In this document: positions 18,482 to 28,717 of the stretch, piece after piece
Position numbering within the stretch: the stretch's first letter is position 1
Layout of the letters: every line of letters begins with the position of its first letter
Sequence record: PZ534514.1
Reading direction: 5' to 3' (one strand)
Origin: a phage
DNA length: 51,676 nucleotides
The notes under the pieces: generated by a model
Databases searched by the model: none
What the model was told of the DNA's origin: nothing
What the model saw: only the letters and a program-made list of their open reading frames with translations
Program-made: the position numbers and the translations under genes

Positions 18482-18914
18482 TTTTAGCCCTCGACTCTTT
18501 TATTGCTTCAGCCATATAAGATCTCAACTTAACCGCCACAATCCCAAGAACACCCGCTGGAGCTTGTTTTGAATGACCGTACTCAAGCGCGTTAGCATAA
18601 ATAAGCATGTTAGAAAAATAAATGGCTCTTACTGCGCCGCCACCTCGTAATATTGCGTATATGGCGCGCTTGCCTTCCGCGATCGTTTTGTCGCCGTGCT
18701 TATCGTACTGGTTAAGCGCATACAATGGCGGCTTATTTGCTGTTACCTGCCAGTTTCCACGGTAACGACCAGTATCTACCGGAGAACGCTTAACCAAATC
18801 TGTGTGTACTTTTTCGGCGAACAACTCCACGCAATCTTTTAGTCCACTATCAACGGCGTTTATCCACGCATCAATGTTGCCGTGAAATTCCCTTATCGTG
18901 TAGTTTTTAGCCAT
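18471..18914 (-). CDS. Head-tail joining protein (HK97 gp10-like)
   Basis: 147 aa with TGRYRGNW motif; position in the neck module. Confidence 0.55.
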   Translation of the reverse strand: MAKNYTIREFHGNIDAWINAVDSGLKDCVELFAEKVHTDLVKRSPVDTGRYRGNWQVTANKPPLYALNQYDKHGDKTIAEGKRAIYAILRGGGAVRAIYFSNMLIYANALEYGHSKQAPAGVLGIVAVKLRSYMAEAIKESRAKNAL

Positions 18915-19278
18915 GTACAGAAATCCTTCTCAAAATAGGCCGATAAGCAACAGTGACATTGGTTTGTCTGATTGGTCTTGCTTCAACTACAACATATAAT
19001 TCACCATCAACATCAATATGATACCCATTCTTAATTTCAACTTTATTGTTAAAAACTCCCAACTTATCGGTTACTCGTATTGTCTCGCCGTCAACCTCTC
19101 GGACTTTGGGTGATCTAATTAAACCCTTAATCATTACACTAACCTCTGGCTTTTCTACTTCTTCGCCTCCGATGATTTCAACGCTTCCACGCTGCGTTAT
19201 GCACTTAAACTCACCGTTGCTATCACTAAAGAAGTTAATTCCTTCGGTTGCCATTCTTGCGATCTCGTTATAGTTCAT
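18907..19278 (-). CDS. Head closure / head-tail adaptor protein
   Basis: 123-aa ORF with overlapping stop and start in the neck module. Confidence 0.5.
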   Translation of the reverse strand: MNYNEIARMATEGINFFSDSNGEFKCITQRGSVEIIGGEEVEKPEVSVMIKGLIRSPKVREVDGETIRVTDKLGVFNNKVEIKNGYHIDVDGELYVVVEARPIRQTNVTVAYRPILRRISVHG

Positions 19279-19691
19279 TTGCAGCGCCTCCGAAATCCAG
19301 TCACAAGGCCAAATCCACCGCCTTTCTTACGATTTAGCGTTTCGTACATTTTCCCCCAGGGGGTTTGTCTAATCTCTTTTCCGCCATAGTCGCCTGACAC
19401 TCGATCAAAAGTCTGGCTAAATTCACCAGTCAGGGAAAATGACGCAACTCGCCGCGAGTAACTTTCTACGCTTTCCCCTTCTTGCTTCATGGCTCCATCA
19501 AGCGTCATAAGGTGCAACGTATAAAGAGCAACCGCTTTTGGATATGATTCTTTAAACCGCTTCTTGCAAACAAATTCCTTTGCAAGCTCAATCCATGCCA
19601 CCATTAAATCTGGATCAATCTGCTTCATCGGTGGCGCTAATTTCACGATTTGCTGCGTGATTTCTGCGTCAGTGAAAAATTCATCAACCAT
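19275..19691 (-). CDS. Head-tail connector protein (gp6-like)
   Basis: 138 aa, RBS ggagga, helical motif [12 protein letters not shown], first gene after the capsid block. Confidence 0.55.
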   Translation of the reverse strand: MVDEFFTDAEITQQIVKLAPPMKQIDPDLMVAWIELAKEFVCKKRFKESYPKAVALYTLHLMTLDGAMKQEGESVESYSRRVASFSLTGEFSQTFDRVSGDYGGKEIRQTPWGKMYETLNRKKGGGFGLVTGFRRRCK

Positions 19692-19712
19692 TTTGTTTCC
19701 TCCAGATATGAC

Positions 19713-19736
19713 AAAGGGCGCTATAAGCGCCCTCTT
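19713..19736 (-). terminator. Hairpin (partial terminator) after capsid-region genes
   Basis: Perfect palindrome agggcgc-ttatag-cgccct followed by TTTGT. Confidence 0.45.
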
Positions 19737-19738
19737 TA

Positions 19739-20011
19739 TTAATAGATGCCGCCGTCTTCAAGTTCGGCTTTGCTCTTGCCCTCTCGCGGGTCTTTTTTAC
19801 GTTTGCTTGCTGCGCTCTGTTTGATTTCTTCGTTCAATGCGGAGTTGTCTTTAACCTCCAGATCGCCTTTTGCAATTAGATATTCAAACGCGCTTGTTTT
19901 CAATTTTGATTCTTCTACGTCAAACTCTTTGCCTGGATGATAATGCTCCCCATCAACAATGATAAGGCATACGCCGGAAACCTTTAGCGTTACAGTTTTT
20001 TCTTTAGCCAT
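19739..20011 (-). CDS. Hypothetical protein (capsid-associated by position)
   Basis: 90-aa ORF directly downstream of the major capsid gene. Confidence 0.5.
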   Translation of the reverse strand: MAKEKTVTLKVSGVCLIIVDGEHYHPGKEFDVEESKLKTSAFEYLIAKGDLEVKDNSALNEEIKQSAASKRKKDPREGKSKAELEDGGIY

Positions 20012-20067
20012 TTCATAACCTCCAATAAAAAAGGGAATCCAGTTAAGGATTCCCCAATGTTATACGA

Positions 20068-21042
20068 TTAACCTGATTTTTTCAAGCCAGTAATAAGCAC
20101 TAGCGTAAACGGACGGTAAATCGTCAGGCCAGTACATTTTGAAGTACACGGAACTTTGAAATGCAGATCTTTTGGTTGCGCCGGAAGCATGTTAAATGCT
20201 TCTGGAATTTCGATCGACATGTTCATCGGGTCTTTCTCATATACCAGGCAACCTTTCGTTCCAGTGCCATCAATATCCTCAAGCTCTGCGATTGAGTCAA
20301 TGGTGATTCCGCTGTTTTGTTTCTGGAAGTATTCCAGATAACTTTCAGTGGTGTTTTCCATTCGAACGGAAAGAACCTTGCGCATAGACGGCGGAATCAG
20401 GATGTTGGTTGCTCGATGCTGACCATTGGTGATGGTCTGAATTGTTTCAATAGCCTTTTCCAGTTCATCAGATGCCGCCTGCGGGAACTTAGTGTTTTCA
20501 TCAGCACTTAACCAGCCAGTTGACACGATCTTTGTCAGGTTAGGATGCTCAAACACCGAAAGAATCTTATGCGGCTTTGAACCCTTAAACACCAGGCGGT
20601 TAACTTCCTGATCATGAGCGTTTTGCGCTGCGTTTGCCTTGCGAGTGGAAAGGCTCTTACCAGTGCGCTGACCAGCCTTGATTTCGTCAATGGAGATCAA
20701 GAACGCGTTACCCAAGCGGAACACTTTACCAAATTCGCTGGACATCAGCGCGTCAACGGTCGGCAGATCGTCGGTGTAATCAGCGATAATTTTTGCGTAA
20801 CCAACCTTGTCAAACATCTGATATTCAAAAGTCTTATCAGTATCAGAAAGCTCATTAGTTACAGGGAATACACGAAGCGCTGAACCTGCCGGATATTCTT
20901 TCTCGTAAGCAGTTGAGCGGATCTTGTGAAGCTCTTGCGCAGTCCAGATACCCATATCAGAAGCATCACCCTTAACGCCGCGAGTAGCCAGATAGCTAGA
21001 AACAATATCCGCATCTAGCTGATCAAATTTTTCTTTTTCCAT
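20068..21042 (-). CDS. Major capsid protein
   Basis: ATG at 21042 with RBS ggagga; 324 aa; position after the scaffold and accessory head genes. Confidence 0.75.
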   Translation of the reverse strand: MEKEKFDQLDADIVSSYLATRGVKGDASDMGIWTAQELHKIRSTAYEKEYPAGSALRVFPVTNELSDTDKTFEYQMFDKVGYAKIIADYTDDLPTVDALMSSEFGKVFRLGNAFLISIDEIKAGQRTGKSLSTRKANAAQNAHDQEVNRLVFKGSKPHKILSVFEHPNLTKIVSTGWLSADENTKFPQAASDELEKAIETIQTITNGQHRATNILIPPSMRKVLSVRMENTTESYLEYFQKQNSGITIDSIAELEDIDGTGTKGCLVYEKDPMNMSIEIPEAFNMLPAQPKDLHFKVPCTSKCTGLTIYRPFTLVLITGLKKSG

Positions 21043-21125
21043 TTTCTTCCTCCATATATAAAGGCTGTTAGTATGTAACGCCACAATGATAGCATTTTTT
21101 GTTAAACGTGCAACATAATTTTGTG

Positions 21126-21560
21126 TTATGCGCTAATGCTTACCCCGACAATATATGAATCATGATCAACCTTTACATGTTCGCCAGTAAAGAACCAACC
21201 GCTCAGCAAGTCGCCTTCACTGTATGCCGCATCTCCATCTTGCGTTACAAATACTTTATCTCCATATTCTGGCGCTTCGCTCTCAGAAGTTAAGCACCAA
21301 ATACTACCTCGACTAGCCACATTAACTGGATCACCCTCCTCATATATGCACGAGTCCGGCGGTCTTACTGCCACGCCAATAACGAGATCCCCATTAACAC
21401 TTGCCATTTTGTATCCATTTGTTATATGTGATAGTCGCACAATCTTACCTGGCGCAATAAATTCATCTCCGCACACGAAAGATCCGTTAATCACCATTAT
21501 TGAAGAATCGACCATGCACCCTGGCGACTCAGCGCCAACAATGACTGAATAATCACTCAT
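21126..21560 (-). CDS. Head accessory / decoration-like protein (paralogue of 21606-22118)
   Basis: 144 aa; shares a G(S/R)(I/V)W(C/M)L...(E/S)AP(E/A)(Y/F)G block with the upstream gene. Confidence 0.55.
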   Translation of the reverse strand: MSDYSVIVGAESPGCMVDSSIMVINGSFVCGDEFIAPGKIVRLSHITNGYKMASVNGDLVIGVAVRPPDSCIYEEGDPVNVASRGSIWCLTSESEAPEYGDKVFVTQDGDAAYSEGDLLSGWFFTGEHVKVDHDSYIVGVSISA

Positions 21561-21571
21561 GATAACCCCAA

Positions 21572-21600
21572 ATATAAAAAAGGCGCTCAGTGAGCGCCAT
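21572..21600 (-). terminator. Terminator
   Basis: Hairpin ggcgctcactgagcgcc followed by T6 on the minus strand. Confidence 0.6.
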
Positions 21601-21605
21601 ATTTA

Positions 21606-22118
21606 TTAACCTGCTGAAACTGCCGGAACTTTTTGCACCTGAACCTCTACCAGCTTCAAGCCTTGAAACTCGGTAAAGCCACCAGTTGCGATCCAGTTTG
21701 TTTCGATAGTGCCAGACCCTGTATCAACCTGACCATCATCAGACAGCTTGATTGTAGCGCCGAACGCTGGCGCGGATGCGTCTTTAGCCAACATCCAAAC
21801 ACGCCCTTCAGTCATTACGTTGATTCCGCCGCCAGATTCATAAATCATTCGACCTTCAGCCGAAGTTGTCTGAAAGTGAGATCGAATTGCAACGCCGTAA
21901 GCCTTGCCGCTTGCCGCCATAGGCTTAATCAGTTTATTACCCATCGCGTCAACGCCGCCATGCTGTACTGCAACACCAACAAAAACAGACTGATTCTGAT
22001 TTCCTGCCGCATTCTCAAGAACACAAGCGCCATCAATATTATAAGCTGAAGTGTCAGAAACCTGACCAGGTAACGCACGAGACATTACAGCAAAATAACT
22101 TGCTCCAATTGTAGCCAT
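21606..22118 (-). CDS. Head accessory / decoration-like protein
   Basis: 170 aa between scaffold and capsid genes, followed by a strong terminator. Confidence 0.55.
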   Translation of the reverse strand: MATIGASYFAVMSRALPGQVSDTSAYNIDGACVLENAAGNQNQSVFVGVAVQHGGVDAMGNKLIKPMAASGKAYGVAIRSHFQTTSAEGRMIYESGGGINVMTEGRVWMLAKDASAPAFGATIKLSDDGQVDTGSGTIETNWIATGGFTEFQGLKLVEVQVQKVPAVSAG

Positions 22119-22130
22119 GTTTATTTCTCC

Positions 22131-23243
22131 TTATTTAAGTTTTTTCAAACGCGCAGTAGGATCAAGGGAGTCGGTTTTTTCACTCTTGCCAGACTCGAAA
22201 GAATCGCCCTTAACAGATTTACGCTGCGCCGCCATTTTATCAGACTGCTTCGCAAGGTCAAAAGCTGTTTCAATATATGCATCGGCTTTTTCTGAAATAT
22301 CAGCGCCAGTGACTTCTTTGACGTAAGCAACCTTGATCGCTTTAGCGTCCAAGCCGTCACACTTGATGCCAATTTCAGTTGCATCTGCAACTAGCTTGGC
22401 GTGTTCTTCCGCGTCAGTCTTTGCCTTCTTAACAGCTTCTGCAATCTGCGCCGGAATGCCATCGACTTTAGTTTTCAGGGCGTCGCGCTCGGCCTCAAGG
22501 CCATCAGCTTTTTCGGTTGCAGCTTTTGCATCTGCCTTTAACGCCTCAATATGATCAGCAACGGCCTTTGGAACATCAAATTCTACCGCGCCATCAAGTT
22601 TAATTTTTACTGTCATTTCCTCATCTCCTTTGTCATTTAGAACCTCGTCACTATACGGAAAATCCTGTTCACTATCAAGATTTAATTTGGCAATGCCAGC
22701 ACGACCACGAAAGACAAGTGCAATGTGATTAACACGGATATTCGTCTGAATGGCGTCAAATTTAACCCAATCAGGAGAATCAGGATTCCAGTCTTCCTTT
22801 AGGTCTTCCTCAAACAAGTAATCACCTGTTTTATTATTACCCCAGCCTGGCTTGTCAATATCAACCGATGTGTAACCAACTGAAATTTCCGCCGTGTCTT
22901 TCTTTTTTGCGCTCTCAATTGCTCGCTTTGAATAAATACTTAACGGAACTTCAACGCCAATCCCATTTGGAACACCAGCGCCAGCGCATGAACCAACAAC
23001 AACCTGATCCGCATTATCTGGCGTCACTGTGACGTGACCGATAGTGATCGGCTTGCCTGCGAACGTAGCAAGCGAATCAGCCTTAAACACCTCTGACGCT
23101 GGTCGGAACTCTCGTCTGATTCCATACGGTGTGCGGTACTCCTGCAAACCAATTCGCGCCACAATTGGGCGATCCACTAAAAAGCCATTATCATCAAAAT
23201 GCGCCTTAACCTGGACGCTATCAAATCTTTGTTTTGCCTTCAT
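22131..23243 (-). CDS. Head scaffolding protein, possibly protease-scaffold fusion
   Basis: 370 aa; C-terminal half is an Ala/Lys/Glu/Asp-rich coiled coil; RBS aaggag. Confidence 0.6.
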   Translation of the reverse strand: MKAKQRFDSVQVKAHFDDNGFLVDRPIVARIGLQEYRTPYGIRREFRPASEVFKADSLATFAGKPITIGHVTVTPDNADQVVVGSCAGAGVPNGIGVEVPLSIYSKRAIESAKKKDTAEISVGYTSVDIDKPGWGNNKTGDYLFEEDLKEDWNPDSPDWVKFDAIQTNIRVNHIALVFRGRAGIAKLNLDSEQDFPYSDEVLNDKGDEEMTVKIKLDGAVEFDVPKAVADHIEALKADAKAATEKADGLEAERDALKTKVDGIPAQIAEAVKKAKTDAEEHAKLVADATEIGIKCDGLDAKAIKVAYVKEVTGADISEKADAYIETAFDLAKQSDKMAAQRKSVKGDSFESGKSEKTDSLDPTARLKKLK

Positions 23244-23246
23244 TAA

Positions 23247-24011
23247 TTACTCTCCTTTATTATTCCAATCTGGAATCGCCCAGCAACGGCAACCCCACGG
23301 CTCACCAGGGAAATCATGAATTGCATCAAGCGCTATTCTTTTACCTTCCCATAACACATGCTGCAAGCGCTCTCTATCATCTAACATTCCATGCCAGAAA
23401 TAATGAGTCACCTTAGCATCATAAAGGCGCTGGCGCATCAGGCGACTATTCCACGCGCCGATAATGTTTTCTGATCTAGTTTTACCCCAGGAGCTATAAA
23501 CAGCAAATCTCTTTTCTGCAAGATCATTAACCTGTTTATCATTGCTTCCGCGAAAGTTTGCATTGCGAATGCTTGTTGACCAGTCAGACACAATATTTGT
23601 GAATAACTTCCTTAGCGATGATTCTGTAAGGCCGTGCCATTGACCGTAAAGCGTCTGATACCACTCCTCGTTAGCGTTAGCGCCAACAGCGATCAAAACA
23701 ATTACCGCCGTGTTATCCTTTCCGCCAGTTGACTTGGCAACATTGATAAACTGCTTCGCATTGAATTTATAAATGGTCAACGCGATTGCGGGAAGAATTG
23801 AAACAATGCCAGCTATAAGGTCAGTTGCCAGGCTGTTAATTTCATCCTCTGCGCTGTTGATCTCATTATCTGTTGCGTCAAACTTCATCGCTTTTGTTCG
23901 CTTGCGCATGATAACTACCAGATCTCTAATTGCCTCCTGAATTGAGCGGCTAAATTGCCGCTCGCTTGCTTCAGGAAAGCGCCATTGTTTAACAACGCCT
24001 TTCACTTTCAT
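23247..24011 (-). CDS. Head morphogenesis protein (SPP1 gp7 / Mu F-like)
   Basis: C-terminal GEPWGCRCW and HYFWHGMLDDRER motifs; directly downstream of portal. Confidence 0.75.
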   Translation of the reverse strand: MKVKGVVKQWRFPEASERQFSRSIQEAIRDLVVIMRKRTKAMKFDATDNEINSAEDEINSLATDLIAGIVSILPAIALTIYKFNAKQFINVAKSTGGKDNTAVIVLIAVGANANEEWYQTLYGQWHGLTESSLRKLFTNIVSDWSTSIRNANFRGSNDKQVNDLAEKRFAVYSSWGKTRSENIIGAWNSRLMRQRLYDAKVTHYFWHGMLDDRERLQHVLWEGKRIALDAIHDFPGEPWGCRCWAIPDWNNKGE

Positions 24012-25291
24012 TACTCATTCCCCTGTGTGCCTGGCTCCGGCTCAGTTGGCTCCGGCAGCTTGATTTTATTAGTGTCCTTTAGTTTAACGCTTGGGGCGAT
24101 TGCTCGCAATGTGTCTCGCGCTTCTTCAACATCAAGGAACTGACCATCAATAGCCTTGCTGATTGAGTCGATATTCTTATTCAGAATCTCAGCCTGATCT
24201 TTATCGCTAGGCACGCTCAAAGGTGAAAACTCAATGCTCCACTCCTGCTCACTAATGATGAACGGCAATAGAAATTCAAGGATAGGCTTGTAATCCTCAA
24301 CTCGTTTTCGCTCAATCAGCTTATAGAATGTTTCAAGCGCCGTGTTTTGGCTTGCGCTAACGCCGCCAACGTTTTTATTTTTCAGGATGATTTCATGAAT
24401 ACCTGAAAGGGAAACGATGCGATCCATTTTCTTTTCCAAGAAAGAATCAACGCCGCTAATGTCAGAGTTAAGAACATCATATTCCTCATCCTCAGCATCA
24501 ATACCAATGGCCTTGCCAACACCGCCCTCGTCGTCAACCTGCGCAAGTCTCAGGCGTGCCGCGCTAACACCCTCCTCATCATCGCACAAGTCAGCGAGTC
24601 CTTTAGCCTTCCATACAGCCTGTTGCTTCCGCCGTAATAATTGCGTTGCCAATGTTTCACAATAGTTATAATCAACAATAGCCTCAACAAGTCGCTTGTT
24701 AAGAACTGACTCACCCCAGCCATCATTGCTGCGTCGCTTTGCGTTAGGTATCCGCTCACCGTCGATAATGCAAACGCGCGTGTAGTGTACCTGGTATTCC
24801 GGCAAGTCTCCGCCTGGCGTTACAGTGTAAAGCACTGGCTCACCATAGCGAACCTTGCGGGGATTTGTTTCTCGCGCTTCAACGCGAATCTGATAACGAT
24901 CGTAAACGCGCACATCTTCCAGCATGGCACCAGGCTTTACAGGTGATTTGAGCGCTCGCCCATCCTGAACAAGAGCAATGATTGCAGATCCACCAAACAA
25001 ACGCGACCAACAAAGCGCATCAATAATTTTTGCATTGAGTCGCTTCTCATCCCACAAAGAACGGAATGCTGCCTCGTCTGCCACGCCGTCAACAGTAAAG
25101 CCAGGGGAAACCATTTCCTCTGGTACTACGTCAATAACCCTTTTTGCCAGGCCATCTTTTTCGTAAAAGTCAGCAAGCGTCTTGTATGGCATTGATTGCA
25201 TGTAGAATGGTTGCTCTACTCGCGATTTGCAATTCTCGCCTTTAAAGATCTCGTTATAGCCATCAGCCTTAACGATTCGTGATTTACTCAT
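24011..25291 (-). CDS. Portal protein
   Basis: 426 aa between large terminase and head morphogenesis genes; RBS ggagg. Confidence 0.85.
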   Translation of the reverse strand: MSKSRIVKADGYNEIFKGENCKSRVEQPFYMQSMPYKTLADFYEKDGLAKRVIDVVPEEMVSPGFTVDGVADEAAFRSLWDEKRLNAKIIDALCWSRLFGGSAIIALVQDGRALKSPVKPGAMLEDVRVYDRYQIRVEARETNPRKVRYGEPVLYTVTPGGDLPEYQVHYTRVCIIDGERIPNAKRRSNDGWGESVLNKRLVEAIVDYNYCETLATQLLRRKQQAVWKAKGLADLCDDEEGVSAARLRLAQVDDEGGVGKAIGIDAEDEEYDVLNSDISGVDSFLEKKMDRIVSLSGIHEIILKNKNVGGVSASQNTALETFYKLIERKRVEDYKPILEFLLPFIISEQEWSIEFSPLSVPSDKDQAEILNKNIDSISKAIDGQFLDVEEARDTLRAIAPSVKLKDTNKIKLPEPTEPEPGTQGNE

Positions 25292-25329
25292 TATCTTTCC
25301 TCCAATAAAAAAGGCTGGATTTACCAGCC

Positions 25330-25365
25330 TTTGATTATATATTGGTTTGTCGATTCGTGCTATTT
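25330..25365 (-). promoter_or_regulatory. Promoter-like element (motif variant) plus leader hairpin upstream of portal
   Basis: Minus strand AAATAGCACGAATCGACAAAC...TATATAAT then hairpin ggctgg/ccagcc with T6, then RBS. Confidence 0.45.
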
Positions 25366-26928
25366 GTTCCGCAAACCTGCCAATTTTTTCATTCTTCCAA
25401 CCGGATCATCTGCCATGTTCATTTCAATGTTAACCGCATCAATGATGTTATCAACAATATCATCATGAGGATGACTATCATCGAATGTAAACGCCGCAAC
25501 TTCAGCGAGTATCTCAGCCAGCATAGGATGAGATTCTGGAAGTGCCACGCGTCCGGCGCGCATTACTGGTGCTGCGTCCATTGCACGAGTAACCTTGTCT
25601 TTATCGCGCTGAACGGGATTGATCTTGATCATGATTTTTTTCGCTGCACTCTGAATCAAACCAGTGCCAGACGATTTATCTTCAACATGAATCCTTCGCA
25701 ACGTTCCGCATTCTTTATTGCGCTTCCAGCACTGATTAACGAATGCAACAAAATTCGTCTCAAGTTCCGGCGCCTCCCATTTCCCGCGAACGCCATCAAT
25801 GAAGTAGACGCGATCTTTATACATCCCCCAATAACAGATAACGGAATAGTCGTTAAGCTCCCCTGTTTTCTGCGCGGTATCAACCGTGATAAATGTATAT
25901 TCAAAGCGATCCGGTTTTGGTAGCGTGCATTTCTCGCTGCTTCCGTAATACTGAAACCACTCTGTTTTAAACACGTTACCGCCAAGCGCAACAGGCTGTT
26001 GCTGATACTGACTAGCGAACGTGTACGGATCAGCATTGCGAAGCGCAAGCAATTCCTCCGCGCTTTCCTTAGCAGGCCAGAATGAATAATGAACAACGCC
26101 ATCAATCATCACTGGCTTACTGGACAAAACATCGCGATCAAACTCAGGCTTTAACCAATCAGGAAGCGTTTCGCGATATTCCTTGGTAACGAGCGCCGGA
26201 ATACTGACCACCTTAAACTTGATGCCGCCCATGCCGCCGTTTGTCATGAACCATGTTGAATCATTGACGTGTAGCCGTTGCTGGACCATTACGATTGGCG
26301 TTGTGTCCTTCATTCGACGCGATCGCACCGTGTTCTTTAGGCGCATGTGTCCGGCTTCGCGCTTCACCTTGGAAAGCATATCATCCGGCTTGTCTGGATC
26401 GTCAAGAACCAGCATACCAGTAAATCCATCGTCCATGTAGCCGCCACGCAGACCAGTAACCTGACCACCGATAGAACGCGAGTTAACTTGCAATTTAACC
26501 TTGCCGCCATCGGTTACAATCAAATCCTTTGCGCTTGCCTTTGCCAGTTTCCCAGGCCATAGCTCCTGCCATTCTGGAGAACCAATAATCTCTTTGATGC
26601 GGTTGCTGTTCTGCTGGACAAGGCCATCACTAAACGACAAATTAAGATTTCTTACCTTCTTACTTTTCAATGACGCATAAGGTGACATGTGGATCGAGAA
26701 TATCTCTGTTTTACCGCTACCTGGCGTTATGTTGAAAATTACATTCTGTGACTCGCCTTTGATGATTTTTTCAACTTCGCTGCATAGGTAACTGAAATGC
26801 CAGTTTCCTAAGAACCTTTGCCCCTGGAGAAGTTGAAACCAAATGCGGATCATCTTTTCGAATGAATGTTCGCTCATTTCCTTAATGGCGCGTTTTTGCG
26901 CCGCTGTTAAGTCTTCCCAAATCAGCAT
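25360..26928 (-). CDS. Terminase large subunit
   Basis: 522 aa; Walker A-like TPGSGKT, acidic VLDDPDKPDD, C-terminal nuclease-like region; overlaps the small terminase stop. Confidence 0.9.
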   Translation of the reverse strand: MLIWEDLTAAQKRAIKEMSEHSFEKMIRIWFQLLQGQRFLGNWHFSYLCSEVEKIIKGESQNVIFNITPGSGKTEIFSIHMSPYASLKSKKVRNLNLSFSDGLVQQNSNRIKEIIGSPEWQELWPGKLAKASAKDLIVTDGGKVKLQVNSRSIGGQVTGLRGGYMDDGFTGMLVLDDPDKPDDMLSKVKREAGHMRLKNTVRSRRMKDTTPIVMVQQRLHVNDSTWFMTNGGMGGIKFKVVSIPALVTKEYRETLPDWLKPEFDRDVLSSKPVMIDGVVHYSFWPAKESAEELLALRNADPYTFASQYQQQPVALGGNVFKTEWFQYYGSSEKCTLPKPDRFEYTFITVDTAQKTGELNDYSVICYWGMYKDRVYFIDGVRGKWEAPELETNFVAFVNQCWKRNKECGTLRRIHVEDKSSGTGLIQSAAKKIMIKINPVQRDKDKVTRAMDAAPVMRAGRVALPESHPMLAEILAEVAAFTFDDSHPHDDIVDNIIDAVNIEMNMADDPVGRMKKLAGLRNK

Positions 26929-27449
26929 TATATCTTCTCCAGAATGTCAATTACCGCCTCTTTGACTTCCTCCGCCGTTACAGCGTCAACGCTGGCGCTT
27001 GTGTTATTCTCAATGGTAACGGTAGCTGGCTTTTCAATGCCGATCTCTTTACCAATGAATCCGGCGTTAACAATATTGTTTGCGGCAAGCTGGAATTTTT
27101 GCTCGTAAACAACGCCGTCGATAAAGTCCATAACCTCGCTGAATCCTGGCTCACGTCGCCATTTTTCAAGCACGGAAGCAGAAAGGCCAGCGAATAATCG
27201 GAATCCGTTTAAGGTGAACACGCGCGGCTTGTGAATCTTGCTTTCGTATACGTCACCCTGAAAGGATGCCGTTTCCGCAGCCTGTATATGGTTTTCCTCA
27301 GCCCAAGTAAAGTAACGAACAGCCAGATCAAATACCTGCTCCGGCGTGTACTTGTGCGCCTTTGTCATTTTTGCTATATCGCCATATTGCTTATTATATA
27401 GTTTTTTAAAATTGCAAGCCTTTACTGCTGGCTCAACGTTTTTAGCCAT
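26928..27449 (-). CDS. Terminase small subunit
   Basis: ATG at 27449 with RBS aaggaggg; 173 aa; first gene of the packaging operon. Confidence 0.65.
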   Translation of the reverse strand: MAKNVEPAVKACNFKKLYNKQYGDIAKMTKAHKYTPEQVFDLAVRYFTWAEENHIQAAETASFQGDVYESKIHKPRVFTLNGFRLFAGLSASVLEKWRREPGFSEVMDFIDGVVYEQKFQLAANNIVNAGFIGKEIGIEKPATVTIENNTSASVDAVTAEEVKEAVIDILEKI

Positions 27450-27529
27450 AATGCGCCCTCCTTTATAACAAAGCATCATTATAGACAAATTGCAGGCAAT
27501 AAAAAACCCGCCATTTGGCGGGTAGTTGT

Positions 27530-27769
27530 TCAATACTTGTATTTTACTTTTTCTGGATTTGTCTTCATAGTGCTGTGAATCCTGCCACCGATTGATAAGT
27601 AGTGACCGCGAACCTGCCAAACTTTCTTATCTTCATCCCAAAACGCTAAAGCAAATTCACCCTTTTTTGACTTATAGCGAACACCAACAGCCACCACGAA
27701 AGATACAGCAACAAAGCCGATTAGAACACCAATGATTAAAGCAACCAAACCAATAATTACAGAACTCAT
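27530..27769 (-). CDS. Small membrane protein
   Basis: 79 aa with N-terminal hydrophobic helix, RBS aaggaa. Confidence 0.6.
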   Translation of the reverse strand: MSSVIIGLVALIIGVLIGFVAVSFVVAVGVRYKSKKGEFALAFWDEDKKVWQVRGHYLSIGGRIHSTMKTNPEKVKYKY

Positions 27770-27951
27770 GATATTTTCCTTACAAGATCTATTGAAAACT
27801 GGTGAGTGTCTTGATTAGCGCCGGACAACTCTTTTGCTCTTGCTGCCGCCTCAAGCTCTCCGCGCGCTTCAACCTCACATTCAAAACTTTGTCTACATGA
27901 CGAGCAATTACGCCCCATTCGCCTGATCGTCAACCTTACTTTGTACTTCAT
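27766..27951 (-). CDS. Hypothetical protein
   Basis: 61-aa ORF, ATGA overlap with the downstream gene. Confidence 0.5.
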   Translation of the reverse strand: MKYKVRLTIRRMGRNCSSCRQSFECEVEARGELEAAARAKELSGANQDTHQFSIDLVRKIS

Positions 27952-28141
27952 CTTTTACGATCTCGCGTTTGATGCAAGTGATATTGTGCACTGGGTACAA
28001 GTATTCACCAATTCGAATGGATTTCCCATCATCATCAATTTCATCCTCATTAACGGTAACAGAAAAGCTATTGCAAGCGTAACCATTTAAGGGATTCATC
28101 ACCATGCTATTAAACATGAAAGTTAATTTGTACTTTTCCAT
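27908..28141 (-). CDS. Hypothetical protein
   Basis: 77-aa ORF, RBS aggtga. Confidence 0.5.
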   Translation of the reverse strand: MEKYKLTFMFNSMVMNPLNGYACNSFSVTVNEDEIDDDGKSIRIGEYLYPVHNITCIKREIVKDEVQSKVDDQANGA

Positions 28142-28288
28142 ATATTCACCTATAAAAAAAGGAGATACGCCCTACGGTAAAAACCTGCATATCGCCGTTA
28201 TTGCGTGGCAACCGCGCCACCCGTTCGGCACCAACGCCGCTCTTATGTAAACGCTTAATATGCTAACCAATCAGGAAATCGTTGTCAA

Positions 28289-28519
28289 TCATTCGCGGTC
28301 AAATGCGTTTCCCCATCTCCCACGAAGATAACCACACAACCAGATGAATTGGGTGATTGTCAGCATTGGCGCAACTGGCTGATAATGTTCGGCAATAATG
28401 CCCTTCATAACTTCATCAACATACTTCCCGCGCTTTTCCACATCCGCTTTCATCGCCTCGCCGCACTTCTTAGCCTGGCGTTTTGCAGCGTTGAATTGTG
28501 CCTCGTTCATTCCAAACAT
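28289..28519 (-). CDS. Hypothetical protein
   Basis: ATG at 28519 with RBS agagg; ORF-track start at 28540 is GTG. Confidence 0.5.
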   Translation of the reverse strand: MFGMNEAQFNAAKRQAKKCGEAMKADVEKRGKYVDEVMKGIIAEHYQPVAPMLTITQFIWLCGYLRGRWGNAFDRE

Positions 28520-28647
28520 TACAGACCTCTGCTCTTCCACAAGTTGTACATTTCGAAATAGTGCATTGCTGTTTCAGTATCGCCGCGCACTAATGCTTCA
28601 TCTTGCTTCTGTGCGCACCACTGCGACGGTTTTATGTAGTTATCCAT
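28519..28647 (-). CDS. Small hypothetical protein (42 aa)
   Basis: ATG at 28647 with RBS agggtg; stop overlaps the downstream start (TAATG). Confidence 0.35.
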   Translation of the reverse strand: MDNYIKPSQWCAQKQDEALVRGDTETAMHYFEMYNLWKSRGL

Positions 28648-28717
28648 TGAATCACCCTATTTAAAAAATGCCTCGTCATAATGCGTCCTGTTCGCTGTAT
28701 GAGGCATTCAATTTTAA

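Noticed and set aside
27766-28141. 44-nt overlap between ORFs 27766-27951 and 27908-28141
   Set aside because: Not rejected as genes, but at least one start is probably mis-set; I could not choose between alternative starts from sequence alone.
28142-28288. Possible tRNA in the structured intergenic region
   Set aside because: No T-loop GTTCRA-like sequence and no acceptor/D/anticodon arm arrangement; kept only as a structured element.
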